Below are positions 50,101-64,000 of a DNA stretch of 64,000 nt, in pieces. The position numbers and the translations under genes were made by a program. How positions within the stretch are numbered: the stretch's first letter is position 1; the number at the start of each line of letters is the position of its first letter. The notes under the pieces were generated by a model, which ran no database searches, was not told the DNA's origin, and worked only from the letters and a program-made list of their open reading frames with translations. The stretch spans positions 1,240,001 to 1,304,000 of the forward strand of contig LSRY02000024.1 in assembly GCA_001643675.2 (NCBI GenBank), written 5' to 3'. This stretch comes from Monocercomonoides exilis PA203. Lineage: Eukaryota; Protista; Preaxostyla.

Positions 50101-53100
50101 AACCACACACAAAGAGAGAGCTGATGGCACACCCTTTCTTCACGACAAAGGCGACAGTGGTGATTGGGATGCTGGCCAGGCGTATTGGAGAGAGTGCAAT
50201 GCAGAAGTATCTGAAGAAGCTGCTCAAACAGGCACAAGAACTCATCCTGGCTGACAGGAATGCTCTCATCCAGCTGTTTCTGGCAGCGCAGGGGACAGTC
50301 GACTTTCTGAAAGGGTTCAGAGGAGGAAAGGGAGGGAATGGAGGGAATGCGGGGAATAGTGACAAGACAGATAAAGGCGAAGGAAGAGCAGCTAAATCGA
50401 CTGTTCATCCTGCGCCTTCTCCAATGCCGATGCCATCTCCTTCTCCTCTTCCAGCACCTTCACCCACACTCGGATCAAAAGGAACATTTTATTCAATGCA
50501 GCAGAACAATCCAACATCCTCATCTTCTTCTGCCTCTTCCTCCTCCTCCTCCTCTTCATCATCTGCCCAATTGGCTACATCTTCCTCTGCCCCAGTCATC
50601 ACCATTGCCTCCCACACACTCACAGCAGAGTCTGTCAGCTATCTCCAAAGAGCAGATCCTGTTCTCCTGCGCTGTGCTGTTGCTGGGCTGCATCTGACGC
50701 TGCTGATGAAAGACTTCTTCTCTCACATTGACTCCCTCTTGAAGCACCATGGCTTCTCCATCGACCACTTTGCACAGCAATATGTCTTCTCTTCATACAT
50801 TCCTCACTTCCACTGCGGTATTTTCTACTCATCCAGGCGAAATCTGACAGAATTTCGTATTCTGCAGGATGTGAAGAGGAGCAGAACGACATTCCATGGG
50901 AACTTGATTGTGGCGATGACTGAGATAGACTCGGTTTTGATGATCAATCTGAAAGTTGATAAGAATGCTGATCAATACGATCTGCCCAATCGAATGAGGA
51001 TGAGAAAGGAGAGGAAAGCCAAAGGAGCAGCTGGAATGCGCGGTGTGGCTGCATCCATTTTGAATGGCACCTCTCCTTCGTCTGCACCTTCGTCTGGCAG
51101 CACACTCTCTGGTGGAGGATCTGATGGATTGGGTGGGAGCTCTCTGAAAGACGGCATGGCTGGGCGAGAGAGCGACGAGTGGACAGAACTGTCTCACAAA
51201 AGTGCCGATGAAGAGCTGAAGAACCCAACACCCATTCTTTCATTCAGAATAGACCCGAACTTGGAGCAGCTGGCGCACTACCAGATATGGCTGATCTCAG
51301 ACATGATGCTGTTCCAGATGAACCACGACCCTGATCCCGTGGGGAGGGTGATTGCGATCAGAGGACTGGCACATTTTGAGCACTCACGAACAGCAGTGGA
51401 GATTCTGAAGATGTGTCTGGACGACAACACACAGCACCCGCTCATCAGAAGAGAGGCAGCAAGAGCACTGATGTCGCCTTGCTTCCGCACAGGAGCCATT
51501 CCACGTGGTGTGTCTTCAGACAGAGAAGGCGATGGAGGCAGTGGAGATGGCAGTGCATCATCTGGATTGAAGTCTTCGTTTGCCTCGTCTTCTCAGCTGA
51601 ACTCGCATCAGCAGTCACTTGTGATGCAGTCACAGGCACAGCTCTCTCACTTCAACCAGAGAATAAGGGCACAACAGAAGAAACCACTCATATCGCATCC
51701 AGGCTTAGCTGCTCTCTTATCGTTCTTCTATTCCCATTATCTGTCACCTGATGGAACGGAAATCAAACCCAACAATTTTTCCAACTCAGATGACTATTAT
51801 GTTCAGAAGTCTGTGATTGAAGCAATTGGTGCAACTGTTGTGGCAACCACACCACTCAGGGCGATTCCAGACAACATTCTCCATCCACGAAAAGAACAGC
51901 CAATAACACCAGCACACCCAGTTCAACTATCACCCTCTGAGGCATCTGCAGTAGTCACCCTCATTCTGCAATGTCTTCACCACAACGACAACCAGCAGAA
52001 TCCATTCACAGACACATTCTATCTCTCTCTTCTGCTCCACTCCCTCGGCCAGCTCCCTCTGAGAGAGGCACACCAAGTGAAGCAGGTGAGAGATGCCCTC
52101 ACACGCTACATCGAATTAGAGAAGGTGCGTCAGTCACTCCACAGGACAATCACCACCACTGCACTACAGACACTGGGTAGACTGGCTGTGGCTGGTGTGA
52201 CATCGGTGCATCCAATGGACATTGCTCGCTTTCTGTCGGCGTCTCAGCCGCTGGCTGTGCGATCAACAGCATTTCAGTGTCTGGTGCTGATGCTGGAGAT
52301 GATGCCTGGCTTCTATCGGGCGAATCCTGTTGTGAAGAGGAGGTATTGGGACGATGATAGGAAGAGAATCGTGAATGAAGAGGATGTGGAACTGGAAGAC
52401 GAAAAAGAGGGGCAAATGGAGAAGAATCTGAATGCAACATCCAATCAATCAAATGATGCATTATTGCCATTTGAGAAAGAGAAGGCAGATCCTTCTTTAC
52501 TCAACGTGACAAACACTCCATCAGACACACTCTCATCATCATCTTCTGATTCATCTGGATTCAACGTACTCCAAGGCATCACATCGCCTTCCAACATGAC
52601 GACTTCTGATGCATCTGTCTCGCTCATTCCACATCCAGCTGCTCAGTTCATGCAAAACAGACTGTCAAAATCTCAACCTTCTTTTGCTGCCAATCAAAGC
52701 TCAATCACAGCTCCATTCACTTTGGGTGTCTCTACCCCTCAGCAGAGCATTCTCTCTCCGATGTCTACTTTGTCTTCTCCTTCCTCTCCTTCTTCTCCGT
52801 CTGGCACTTCTTTGTCTGCTTCCTCTTCTCCTTCTTCCTCTTCCACTTCTGCTCTTGTCCATTCTCCTCTCTCAACAGTCACATCTGCCCCATCTTCATC
52901 GCAAAACAACTCTAATTCTTCGTCTAATACTGCCACTGGAACACAACAGCAGCAACAATCATCATCAACATCTTCATCAACAACTTCGCAATATTCATCT
53001 GCCTCAATAGAGCTGATGAAGCATGAGCTGTCAATTGTGCCTCCTCTGTTTCCTCTCTTCGAACATGCCATCCAATTAGCCAATTCTGACCCTCTTTCTT

Positions 53101-56100
53101 TGCTCGGCTGCTCAATGCTGACTGCTTTGTCTGCCTTTGTTGCGAGGCTGAGACAGGCAGCAGCAGAATACGAGTGTTTGGTGCAAGGAGAGGCACTGCA
53201 GAAGGAGAGGGAGATAATTGCAAGAAAAGAAGGAGAGAAACTAAGGCCAATCATCGGACACGCAGCATCTTCACTTGCATTGGGTTCAGTTGCCACAACA
53301 ACAGCCATGCAGGCAGAGAAGATGAAGAGAGAGTTGGAAGCAGAAAGACTGGCTAAGAAAGAAGGCACTGAAGAAAAGGCATCTCAGTTCAAAATGCCAC
53401 AGTTTGCTTCAAATGATGCTGATAAAAAGGAAACTTCTTCTGTTTCTGTTAGCTCTCCTGCTGCTTCTCCTTCTGATGCTTCACCTTTTCAGGGCATTCG
53501 CATTGCATCTCCTATCACCTCTCCTAATTCCCCTAATTCTCCCAATTCTTCTTCTAATAATAATCCTGCAGCTTCAAATGCTGCCTCTTCTGCTTCTGCA
53601 ACAAATGCAACCACAAATGCCACTACCAATCTGAAAACATCTTCAACAGCTTCTGCTCCACCTGATCCTCCTTCTCTGTCTATCTCTCCTGTCACCTTCC
53701 CTTCTCCTCAGAACAGACAGCTCGCACTCAACACAAACAATGCAAATGGCCAGTTTATGTCTCGTTTTGTCCCTCCGATGCAGATGCCTCTGAATCGCTC
53801 TCTGTCCAACACAGACAGCAATGGCATGCCCACAGGCAATCCAGGCATCCTCATGATGAATGGTACTAATGGCATCAGCAACATCACTGGAATGCTTGCG
53901 AGTCCTCTGAGAGCAATGCCACAATATTCACTCATGGGCAGTTTTGCACCCGGGATGAAGAGCCAAGGGATGGGGCAGATGCAGCTGCAGCAGCAGATGC
54001 TGTTTCAGAGACAGCAGCAGCAGCTCCAACTGCAACTGCACCAACAACAGCAGAGATTGTACCAGCAGCGTCTGCAGCAGCAACAGAGACAGCTCCAACA
54101 ACAGCTCTTGCAGAAGCAGAAGAGCCAACAAGACGCAAATCGAACTGGCTCTTCTTCGTACATGTCATCATCATCAGCATCTTCCTCTTCTTCCTCTCAT
54201 TCGTCTCTTCCCATGTCGACTGATGTGATTGGAGAAGCGAGTGAGAAGCGGAGACAAGCATTCTGTGGTGTGCTTCCATTGCTTGGAGTTGCCAGCCCCA
54301 CTCCTTTCTCACCCATCCCTTCATCTGCCTTCATCAAAGTGGTCACAGCTGCCATTCCTCTTCCTGCTGGTGCCAGCACCCCCTCTGCTGCGTCGTCTCC
54401 TCTCGATGGCGATGAGAAAGAAAACTTTCTGTCGCCTCCGATGATTTCACTCTCGACAACAGCTGAGCAGAGGCAGGATGATGTGCCTCCTCTGTTTTTC
54501 CCGCCACATGGCTCACTCATTCTGGACACGAGAGAGAAGCACAGATTCGGAGTGGCTGTAAGAGAGAAGATGGATGCACTCACAGAAAACGAAGGGAAAG
54601 ACACCGAAACGCGCAAAGCAAGCGAAAAGGTACTTCCGAAGAAGGAGAATGATATGGATTCATCACTTTTGGTCAAAACATCAGCATTTGCACCTCTCAC
54701 TACAACAGCAAAGAACAGCGATTCATTCTGGAGACAGGTTAAGTCAAGGTCATCTCTTTCACCGCAGCCACAGACACAAACACTTCCTGCCCCCTCTTTG
54801 ACAACTGCACGCACACCATCAGCAGCAGCATCAGCATCATCGTCATCTTTGACTTCTCTTTCATATTCACCGAAAAGTACAGAGAAGGGCCAGGATCCAT
54901 CAGAGCAGTCAAGAGAGGTGCTGGCAGCTGAAGCAGAGAAAGGCGATGTATTGGGGCAAGTGAAGGAGGATCCAGACATCCCCAGACCTCTCTCTTTGGC
55001 TGTCATCGACTCAAAAGATGATTTGTTGGTGCAGACATCTCAGAACAGAGCACGAAGCCGCTCTCCTGCTGCGTATGATGGACCTTCTGCCATCACATCT
55101 CCAGTCCATTTGGCAAACATTGCTCCATCGCCATCTCCTGCTCCACTCCCATCTCCTTCTCCTTCTCTCACACCTTCCGTTTTCCCTTCATCTACATCTT
55201 CTTCATTGGCCAATCGTCCATACACAGCTGCTGTTGCTGTGAGGCGTCTGGTGAATCTGCTTTGGAGGTTCATTGTGAGCAGCGAGCGTGCTGCATACGA
55301 TGGTTCCATTCGACAGGCTGGGATTTCTCTCTTCCGTGCGCTGTTTGGAAAGAATGTACCTCCGTGCTTCAAAGACGATCCATCAATTGTGGCAGCTGTG
55401 CTCCCGTCGCTGTATGCTCCTTCGTCATTCCCATCTTCTGCAATGTCTCCGTCGTCTTCATCGTCGCTTCATTCATTCACCAGTCGAGGTGTATCTGTTG
55501 TGTCTCTTTCCCCATCTTCTTCTTCGCTCTCTTCGTTCACTGTGCGAAGAGTGGGTTCTGTTGGAAGGAGCAGCAGTGTGGCTTCTTTGAAGAGAGAAAG
55601 AGAGTTTCTGAGAAGAGGCAGCAGCGTCGGCACTGCAAATGAAGATGCACGAGAAAAGAAGGAGGAGGCAATCATGAACGAAGAAAGCGAATTCAAGAAT
55701 ATAAATGATGATGTTAGAAAGGGAGCTCAACTAAAGAATGAAGGTCAAGATGATAATTTCTTAAAGTCCGATGATTCTTTGGTAAAGCAAACAAGCTCAA
55801 TTGAAAAAGAAGCTGAAAATGGAAGAGAACAAAAAAATGGCAATGCAACAAACAACACTTCTGATGAAACTGCTGAAATTAGAACTGCACAATTTGATTG
55901 TTCCAGTGATCCTACAAATAAAGATGCAAATGCTCCAGATGCTCTTTTCTCTGGAGTCCAATCGATTCCAGACGAAACACCAGAGTCATCGGTAAGTCCA
56001 TCAAAAACAGATTCATCGTTATCGCCCCAAACAGAAACTAAAATTCATTTGCCAAAAATAACTGTAGTATCAAAAGGTACCAAAATTGTATTCAAGAAAT

Positions 56101-56171
56101 GCATTTCACAACGGCCCAATCCATCTGAAGGGGTTAACACTGCTGGCAGTCCACTTCGATTATCTCAATAG
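47163..56171 (+). CDS. TAF2: Transcription initiation factor TFIID subunit 2 (M1-aminopeptidase-like fold), greatly expanded
   Basis: Exons 47163-47231, 47362-47434, 47506-56171. Motifs RLNARQI, ARLWMPCLD..CTWRIEVTV, AIGPF, WDDMWIAKGIVGYL, FRIDPNLE, DPVGRVIAIRGL, PNNFS..DYYVQKSV and HNDNQQNPFTDTFYL. No HEXXH. Confidence 0.88.
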
Positions 56172-57076
56172 ATCATTCACACAAACCATTTCACGTTAAC
56201 TTTGTTTTTATTCATTATGTTTCGATGCTTTAAAATGATGATTGCACATTTCACCTGCTTTAAATGATTATAGAAAGAAATAAATCTTTTTCAAATATGC
56301 ACCAGAAATAATTCAAAATAATAATTTTTACAGTCGAACAAATAATTCATTTTCGAACGATTTAAATATGCTTTCAATCACAGAAAATATTCATGAAACA
56401 ATTATTTCATTTCACTTTTTATTTGAATATTTGATTTGAAAAAAAAATGCTTCTTTATCAAATAAATGATATTTCATTTATTCTTTTTCCCTCTAAAAGT
56501 CATGCGAAATGAAATAAATTCAATTTCATAATTATTATAAGAAAGAATATAAGTTTTTGGACATTAAGTCTAGAGACCAGTCAAATGTTGTTCTCTTTTT
56601 CCTTTTTTCTTGAAATGCCGATCGAAAGAATTTTAAACAAATTTTCAAATCTAATTTTTGAAAAATAGAAAATGTATAACATCAAAAAGAATTGCACACA
56701 TACACATATATTGATTCTTTTTTCTTAAAAAATATAATTCTATTGTCTCACATAATTGTAAATTAGAAAAAAGAAAAAAAATGTGTTTTCAACGTCGATT
56801 CACAAAACAAAATTTTCAACGCAATTTAAATGAATTCCAACTTACAAATTTGAACACAAACAAAATTCTTAAATAATTCACATCCAATACTCCGAATAAT
56901 GAATTGAATTATTCTTGAATATTCAATCTTTACAAAAAAATAAAAAAAAATTACGTCACTTCAAATTTGGTATTGAAATCATATGAATATAATAGTCTTC
57001 ATAGATTTCATTGAAGTTGTCAATTACGAAAACACAATGAATAGCTTATACATTTTACGTACGTAATTCTGAAGCA

Positions 57077-60000
57077 TTACTCAATCGAATAACTGTCTGA
57101 ATGCACTCCCATTGCAATTGACTGAAGTTGACGAAGATGCGCCTCTCCGGCTGAAAGAGCCATCGCTTGCAGTCGAGTGCCTTCGTTGAACAACAATTCC
57201 TGTTTGTTTGCATTTCATTCATTTACATCAAATTTTGAAAAAGAAAAGATAAGAAAAAATATATAAAAAAAAAACAATTCACATTTTCATTCTAAATTAG
57301 CAAACCTTTGGACTTCCAACTTCGGCCAAATTGCCATCCTCCATAACAAAAACAAGATCTGCATCAGCAACTGTGGACAGTCTGTGAGCAATCGTTATTA
57401 CGGTGCAGTTCTTAAAGCATCTTCTTGTCACTTCTTGTATCTTTGCATCTGTTTCAAAATCAACACTTGCTGTTGCTTCATCCATCAAAATGATTTTGGA
57501 GCCATGAAGCAGCCCTCTCGCCAGGCACAACAATTGGCGCTGCCCAACAGACAAGTTGCCTCCATCTTCCACGACATTCGAATCTAACCCTTTTCCCATC
57601 TCTTGTACTGTTTCTTTCAGGCCAACTTCTTTCAGTGCATTCCACATCTCTTCTTCGTTATGTTCGCCCAGAAGATCGAGATTGTACTTCACTGTCCCTT
57701 CAAACAGAGTGGCCTCCTGTGGAACAGTGGAGATCATTGACCTCACATCGTGTATTCCCACCTTCTCTTTGATATCCAGCCCATCAATCAATATTCTCCC
57801 AGCTTCTGCTTCCACCAATCGAAGGAGCGCAAGAATGACAGTGGATTTACCAGAACCTGTCCGCCCAACAATACCAACTTTGGAGCCACCCGGAATTGTG
57901 AACGACACATCCTTCAAAACAAGTGGCAGATGAGGACGATATCTGAGTGATACACGATCAAACACAATTTCTCCTGAAGAAGGCCATTCTGTTGGGTGTG
58001 CAATGGAAGCGACAGAAGAGTCAACTTTCGATGGATGCTGCAAAGTTGGACAAGGAAGTGGCTTTGGCAGTTCCTTGTGCCACTCTGGTTCCTGGTCAAT
58101 GTCCATCATCTCCTTCAGCTTCTCCACAGATCCCATTTCAGTTTCCAATTGAGAGATTTGTCTCGCCAGCCCCGTAGCAGTTGAGACTGTTTTCTGCGAG
58201 AATGAAATTGTCAGCGCAAAGAGTGCCAGGCTCCTTCCTAAGCCTCTCATGGCACAGCCGATCAGACCGATCAGCAGCATGAGGAGCGAATTGATGGTGC
58301 CAAGTTGGACCATCACATACCGAGAGACACTTGTTGTGTAGAAAGACGCATCCAATGACTCTTGAATGATTTCATCGTAAGTGTCGATAAAATAACTCTG
58401 TTTGTCAAATGCACGGATCGTTTGAGATCCATTCATGCACTGCTGCAGATAATGCATCATTCTTGAGCGCGATGTGGAAGAAAACCGCCTCAGGCGGAGG
58501 TTGGCCAATGTGACTCGGATCTGAGCCATCACTCCCAATATCATCATCGGAATGAGGCACAAGACAAGCCATGGCATCGAAAAGCAGGCGCTGATGAAGG
58601 AGACGCCAACGGTGAACACAGAAACAAACAGGTTTGTGAACATCTGAGGAACGCTGATGTCGAGCGAGGTGATGTCTTTTGATGCTCTGTTGACGAGCCT
58701 TCCAGTTGGAGTGACGTCAAAATAGCTCATCGGAGCATGGAAGAGGCGGGTGTTAATTGCATTGTTGATCTTTTTTGAGGCGCGTAGCCCAACAGCCAGC
58801 ATAGAAAGCATACGAGGAATCACAAACAAAACAGTAGCTGCGCCAATGGCAACATAAAGAACGAAATACAAAACAGGACCAGCGGAAAGTGTTGTTGTTG
58901 AAGATAGAAACTTATCGTTAAAAGACGAAAATGAAGAAGTTGTTTGCGTTTTATTGGCAGACAAATACGAAAGCAAATAGGAACCAACTTTCTTTATGTT
59001 TCCTCCATCAGCTTTATCATCACTTGATGGCTCTTCAGTCTTTGTCCAGAATCCAAGCACGTATTGCTGTGCAGAGCGGAGAAGATTGTCGATCAAATAT
59101 GTTGCAGCAACAAGGATAAGAAGAATAAGTGAAGCCTGTTTGAAATACCACATATAAACAGAAAAGGCAACTTTTCCTTCGACTGTGTCTTCAGCCGAAG
59201 TTAGCTTTGCAATTGAAGGTATTGCATCCGATGAAGAAGTTGAAGAAGAAGAAGAAGAAGATGTTGTTGTTGTTGATGACGATGACGATGACGATGATGA
59301 GGAGGAGGAAGAAGAGGAAGAGGAAGAGGAAGAGGAGGAAGAAGAAGAGTCTAAAGAACTCTGCAATCTTTGTGACTGTGATGCAGATGAAGGAGAAAAG
59401 ACTGGTGAAGGTGAGAGTGGAGAGGACATAACAGAAGAGGAAGGAGAAGGGGTTTCTGGTGGATACAAGACAAGTGGCGGAGTGGTGATGTTGCTGTGCT
59501 GCTGTTGGTATTCGTGTAGAAGCTGCTGTTCAATGCGAAGACGCTGGCTGCCAAGCATGTCTTGGTCAGATGGCGAAGAATGGACGATTGGGGGAGGAGT
59601 GGAGCCAAGAGACACATTCAGAGCAGAAGAAGACGGAACCGACGAGAGAGAAGGAGGAATCTTTGGGCGTTTTGGAGTGACAGTAGACATATTTGTCGGA
59701 GAGGGTGAAGATAGAGATGAAAAAGAGAAGACATTTTGTGCATTCATTTGGTCGGAGCCATTTCGAATAGGAGGAGATAGAGAATTATCCAATTCAGTTG
59801 AAGAAGCAGAAGAAGAGGTTGAGGCAGATTGCATGCCATCCTGATTTTGCATAACATCTGCATTTGAATGCTGAGTGGATGGTTTGAAAAGAGAGAAAGC
59901 AGAAGAAGGAGAATTTGATCCAATGCGAAGCTCTTCAATACTTGCTGATGAATCTGTGTTCTTTTTGCCATCAAAGTCGCTTCCAGTTAAACTTGCACTT

Positions 60001-63000
60001 TCGACAGCTGTTGTTATTTTTTCTCCTGCCATCGCTTTCTTATCACTGCTGACATGTAAATTTGATGCATCGCCCACTTCGCTCAGAATACCCACAAACT
60101 CTGCAGCACTCCCCACCTTTTCTATCACCCCGTTTTTGCTCATTGAAATGACACAGTCAAACTTCGGCAGGAACTTCGTGTGGTGTGTTGCCATCAGCAC
60201 AGTCTTTCCCTTCAGATAGTCTGCAATGCACTCATCCACAATGTGCTGTCCAACATGTGCATCGACACTCGCCAGCACATCGTCAAACAGAAATACCTCA
60301 GACGACGAGTATATCGCCCGTGCCAGCGCCACCCGCATCTTCTGCCCGCCAGACAGATTTATCCCTCTCTCTCCTATTTCTGTCTCATCGCCGCCAGGAA
60401 GAATAGCCAAGTCTGGTTCCAAACAGCTCACAGACACAACACGACGGTAGCGCTGGGCATCAAATGGCTCTCCAAAGAGAATGTTGTCTTTGACTGTTGT
60501 ATTCAAAATCCATGGGATCTGAACAGAAAAACAGAATAAAAAAAGAAAACAAAAAAATAATTATTTTGTTTAAAAACGAATTTATTCCTTGCTTAATAAA
60601 GGGGAAAAAAAATATATCGAAAGAAACAAACCTGAGGAATGTAAGCGACTTTTCCTTTGACGAATCCTCTTCCCTTGACACATACCATCTCTCCCAGCAG
60701 CGCCTGCAGCACAGCTGACTTCCCACAGCCAACAGGGCCGACGAGGAGTGTGTGTGTCTGTCTTTTGAGTGAGAAAGTGAGCGAGTGAATGGAAGGCACA
60801 GGATTTTCCAATGGAACAAGCATTGTCGTGCTGTTCTGGACAAATTCCTTCGCAAGCAGCACATTCAAAAAGCGACGAAACAGCGACGTACATTTGGATG
60901 ATGAGGATGAAGTAGAATTTGGAGAGGAAGAAGAAGAGGAAGAAGACGAGATCGAATGCTGTTTCTCTTCTCTTCTTCTTTCTTTTTCATTTGACTTTTC
61001 TTCATTCTCTTTATCCTCAGGTGTTTTCATTTCATTTCCTTCTTTTTCATTCTTTTTCCCTCTTCCTTTTCCGCCCCCGCTTCCTCTTTTCTTTTGCTGT
61101 TCGTATCTCGACCAGGCAAATGAGGCATTCTTCAGGCAAATCACAACATTGCTATCTTCATTCGGCAATTCTTCGTCTTCTGCCTCTTTTTCATCTGAAT
61201 TGCCCAATCCTGATAGATTGTCCATCTCAATCATTATTTTCTCCTCGCTCGCAACAATTGCTCCAACCTTCGTCAGATCTGCTTTATTAACATTGTTTTT
61301 ATTCTTGCTCTCTTCTTCCACAAATTTCATTTTATCTCCTGCTATCGTATCATCATCATCATCATCAACATCAACATCAATTTCTTCTTCTTTTTCTCTC
61401 TGTTCTTCGAATCTTCCTCTTCCCTCTCTTTTGGTTCTCCCAATTTTCTTTCTTCTTTTCTCTTCTTGTTCGTACAAAGGAGGTTCCGTCACACCTTCCT
61501 CAATATCATTTTTCAAAGGCTTCAAATCCTCTTCATCTCCTTCGTCATCTCCTCCCTTAAGCGCCTTCGATGTTCCATGTCTCGAATTCTGTTTATATTC
61601 TTTCCTTTTCTTTTTCATCATCTTTGCTTTGCTCTTTCTCTCTCTCTCTTTCTGAAGCTCTGCCCTTTTCTGTTGCATCCTTTTCTTCCTGGCCCACTCT
61701 TCGTCACTTCTCTTGCTCTCTTCCACAATCTGCTCTCTCGCCGCTTTTCCTCCGCCTCCAACCAAAGTATCTGTGCACAAAAATGAACCGATCCGCTCCA
61801 GCACGATTTTTGTATCGAGGAACGAAGAGATAAAGCTGGGGATGCGGGAGATCAGCGGGCGGAGGCCGTCCACAAGTGTGATGGTTGGGAAGATGTCAGA
61901 CGCCACCAGCGGAAGATGCCTTGCAAAACGGATGCTGACAATGACCACAATCGCAATGACACTCGCCGAGTTTCCGATGACAGATGCAACTGTCTGGCGC
62001 ATTTGCTGTGAAGCAGGAGATGTTCAACAATCATTCAAGCGCATTCATATTTTGTCACAGATTGAAAGGGAGGGTTTAAAAAGTTTTACGAAAAGTTTTG
62101 CAATTTTTCCAAAAATGAAACATTCAGAAAAATTCGAGTAAGTTGAGAAAAAGAAACTAAAAACAGAGAATCATCAAACAATTTTCTTCAACAATTTTTG
62201 CTCATTGTTTCTGTGATGATTAATGCGTTCTTTCATTGGCTCTTCCCATGCATTCATCTTTATAATCTGCACAAAAAATAGTTACATTTGAGTGTTAAAA
62301 AAATGAAATGAAAAAAAAGAAAAAAGATGAATTTTTTCAAACTTTCATTCCATGAATCGCTTCTGTAATCTTCTTTACTTTTGCATCGCCTTCTCTCATC
62401 AAAGCGCGTCTGACATTTCGTGTTCCTCGTGCAATTAGAGATGAAAGAGGCGTCAAGATTGATAGAATGACAACACCCCACAAGGAGCTCCAATCCAAAA
62501 AATTCACGAGGAAAATGCATGAAAGCATGAATCTCAACGGAATATCAGCAAGCATTGTCACAAAATCTATCAACATCATAATCCTATGGATATCGCTTGT
62601 TGAAATGTTTAATAACTGGCCAGTTCCAATTTGCATCTTCGCATCTTCGCTAAGTGTAATTGTGCGCTTAAAAATAAGTCCAGAAAGTCCAATTTTAAGT
62701 TTATTTTGCATCAAAGAAGTAAGTTGATAGGACCAAGTGTCAACGATATTGCATATTAATCTACTTCCAAAAATCAGAACAGAAACAACAATTCCATGAA
62801 GTATTGTTCCATGAGGATCAGATGCCCACTGAAGCAAATGTCTAAGTATGTACGTTTCAGTATAATTGAATGCTTATGAAAATATTTAGTTAAATAAATG
62901 TTCTTCAGTAAGAATGGATATAAAGAATAAACCTGTAGAAATTAATTGAAGAATCAAAGCCAAAATAAACATTGCCCTAACATATTTAAGAGAAACTAGA

Positions 63001-63367
63001 AACAAAGATGGCCTAAAAATACACAGATAGTTAAGTTTTCAAAAGATTTTTCAACACTGAATATCGCAAACTTTTCTTTTTCTGTTTCTTTTTCCCAGAT
63101 TAATTCAAGTTCGCGCACATTTGGACGACATTCATTTGCAAAGTATGTAAAGGGGAAAAAATTTTCATCGAATGGCTTTTCGGAACAACAATTAACGAAG
63201 AAATACATTAAACAAATTAACCTTTTCATTTGCACGAGCAATTGCAGGCTTTGTAAAATAAAATGTTAATTTTGATAAAAAGCCTGCATTCTTATATCTA
63301 TTTAAACATATGAATAAATGCGATAACAATAAACACTTACAAACAAATCTGTTTTTAATTTTACCAT
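57077..63367 (-). CDS. ABC transporter subfamily C (MRP-like, no TMD0)
   Basis: Exons include 63072-63176, 62933-63012, 62343-62872, 62180-62266, 60632-62005, 57306-60518 and 57077-57199, plus two short 5' exons. Motifs NAGFLSKLTF, KPSLF, GMKIIKMNAWE. NBD1: GPVGCGKS / LSGGQ / FLFDD. TMD2: YFDVTPTGRLVNR. NBD2: GRTGSGKS / LSVGQRQ / ILMDEATA. Confidence 0.95.
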
Positions 63368-64000
63368 TTCGAAAAAATTATTTAATGGTTAACAAAAAGA
63401 ACAAAATTTGTTCTTTTTGTTTTTGAGAAAAAACTGAGATTTGTATCAAACTTTTTCAGCAAACATATCATTATAAATCAATTGAAACAATGCAAAAAAT
63501 TACAGGAAAACTTTTTTAAATTGAGAAAATGTTTAAAAAATCTCGAATGGAACAAAATTCATAAGGGAAAATATTTTGTCCCAAATATTTTCCCATTTCA
63601 AATAATATTTATTTCATCAGACAGTTTGAAAATAACATGCTCAATGAATATTTGAAAAGAATTGGAATGTTTCAAACATTTATGAATCTTTTTCTTTCAC
63701 ACTTTGATGCAAAAAATAATTATTTGTGAAAAAAAATTCAACGAAATTGTTGAATAATTTCCGTCCAAGAATAATGCTTATGAAATAAATAGAAAAAAAT
63801 AAAAAGAAATTTTTGAGTTATAAAACTCGAAATAATACCTCAAACGATTACAAAATAATCCGAAATGAGCCACGATAAACGATCAAGATGTTTTTTATCG
63901 AAAAATTCATATCATTCATTAAAGCTGATGTGATATCTTCGCATCCTTCTTCTTCCATCTTTTCAAGCATTTTCCTTTTGGTTGCCTTTCTTTTCTCTTC

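Noticed and set aside
47506-50300. Active M1 aminopeptidase
   Set aside because: No HEXXH or GAMEN motif; TAF2-specific downstream motifs are present.
1-64000. tRNA, rRNA or other structured RNA genes
   Set aside because: None recognised by eye. tRNAscan-SE/Infernal would be needed to exclude small RNAs.

Overview
This is eukaryotic, AT-rich genomic DNA with short GT-AG introns, the standard genetic code and long Ser/Glu homopeptide insertions. The gene families and sequence style suggest the oxymonad Monocercomonoides or a close relative (inference, not a database result). From left to right the window holds: degenerate fragments; a decayed Tc1/DD34E transposon with recognisable TIRs; an intronless bacterial-like NADAR (YbiA) gene head-to-head with a large beta-helix surface protein; a 4-exon calmodulin-like gene; an unknown gene; a tandem DH-PH RhoGEF; a highly diverged SMARCD/BAF60 SWIB gene; a pseudogenised surface receptor-pseudokinase; an intronless gene of 22 exact 30-aa Trp/Met-rich ankyrin-like repeats bracketed by 5-mer microsatellites; a decayed Merlin/IS1595-type transposon; a GOST-family 7TM gene; an AKAP28-domain/WD40-like fusion; a ~2,900-aa TAF2; and an ABCC transporter. 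The best candidate for something undescribed is the accessory island at ~32.6-37.7 kb. Its 30-aa repeat protein has invariant scaffold positions, hypervariable positions, a modular cap structure and signs of segment exchange between units. Exon models were read by eye and need RNA-seq confirmation.
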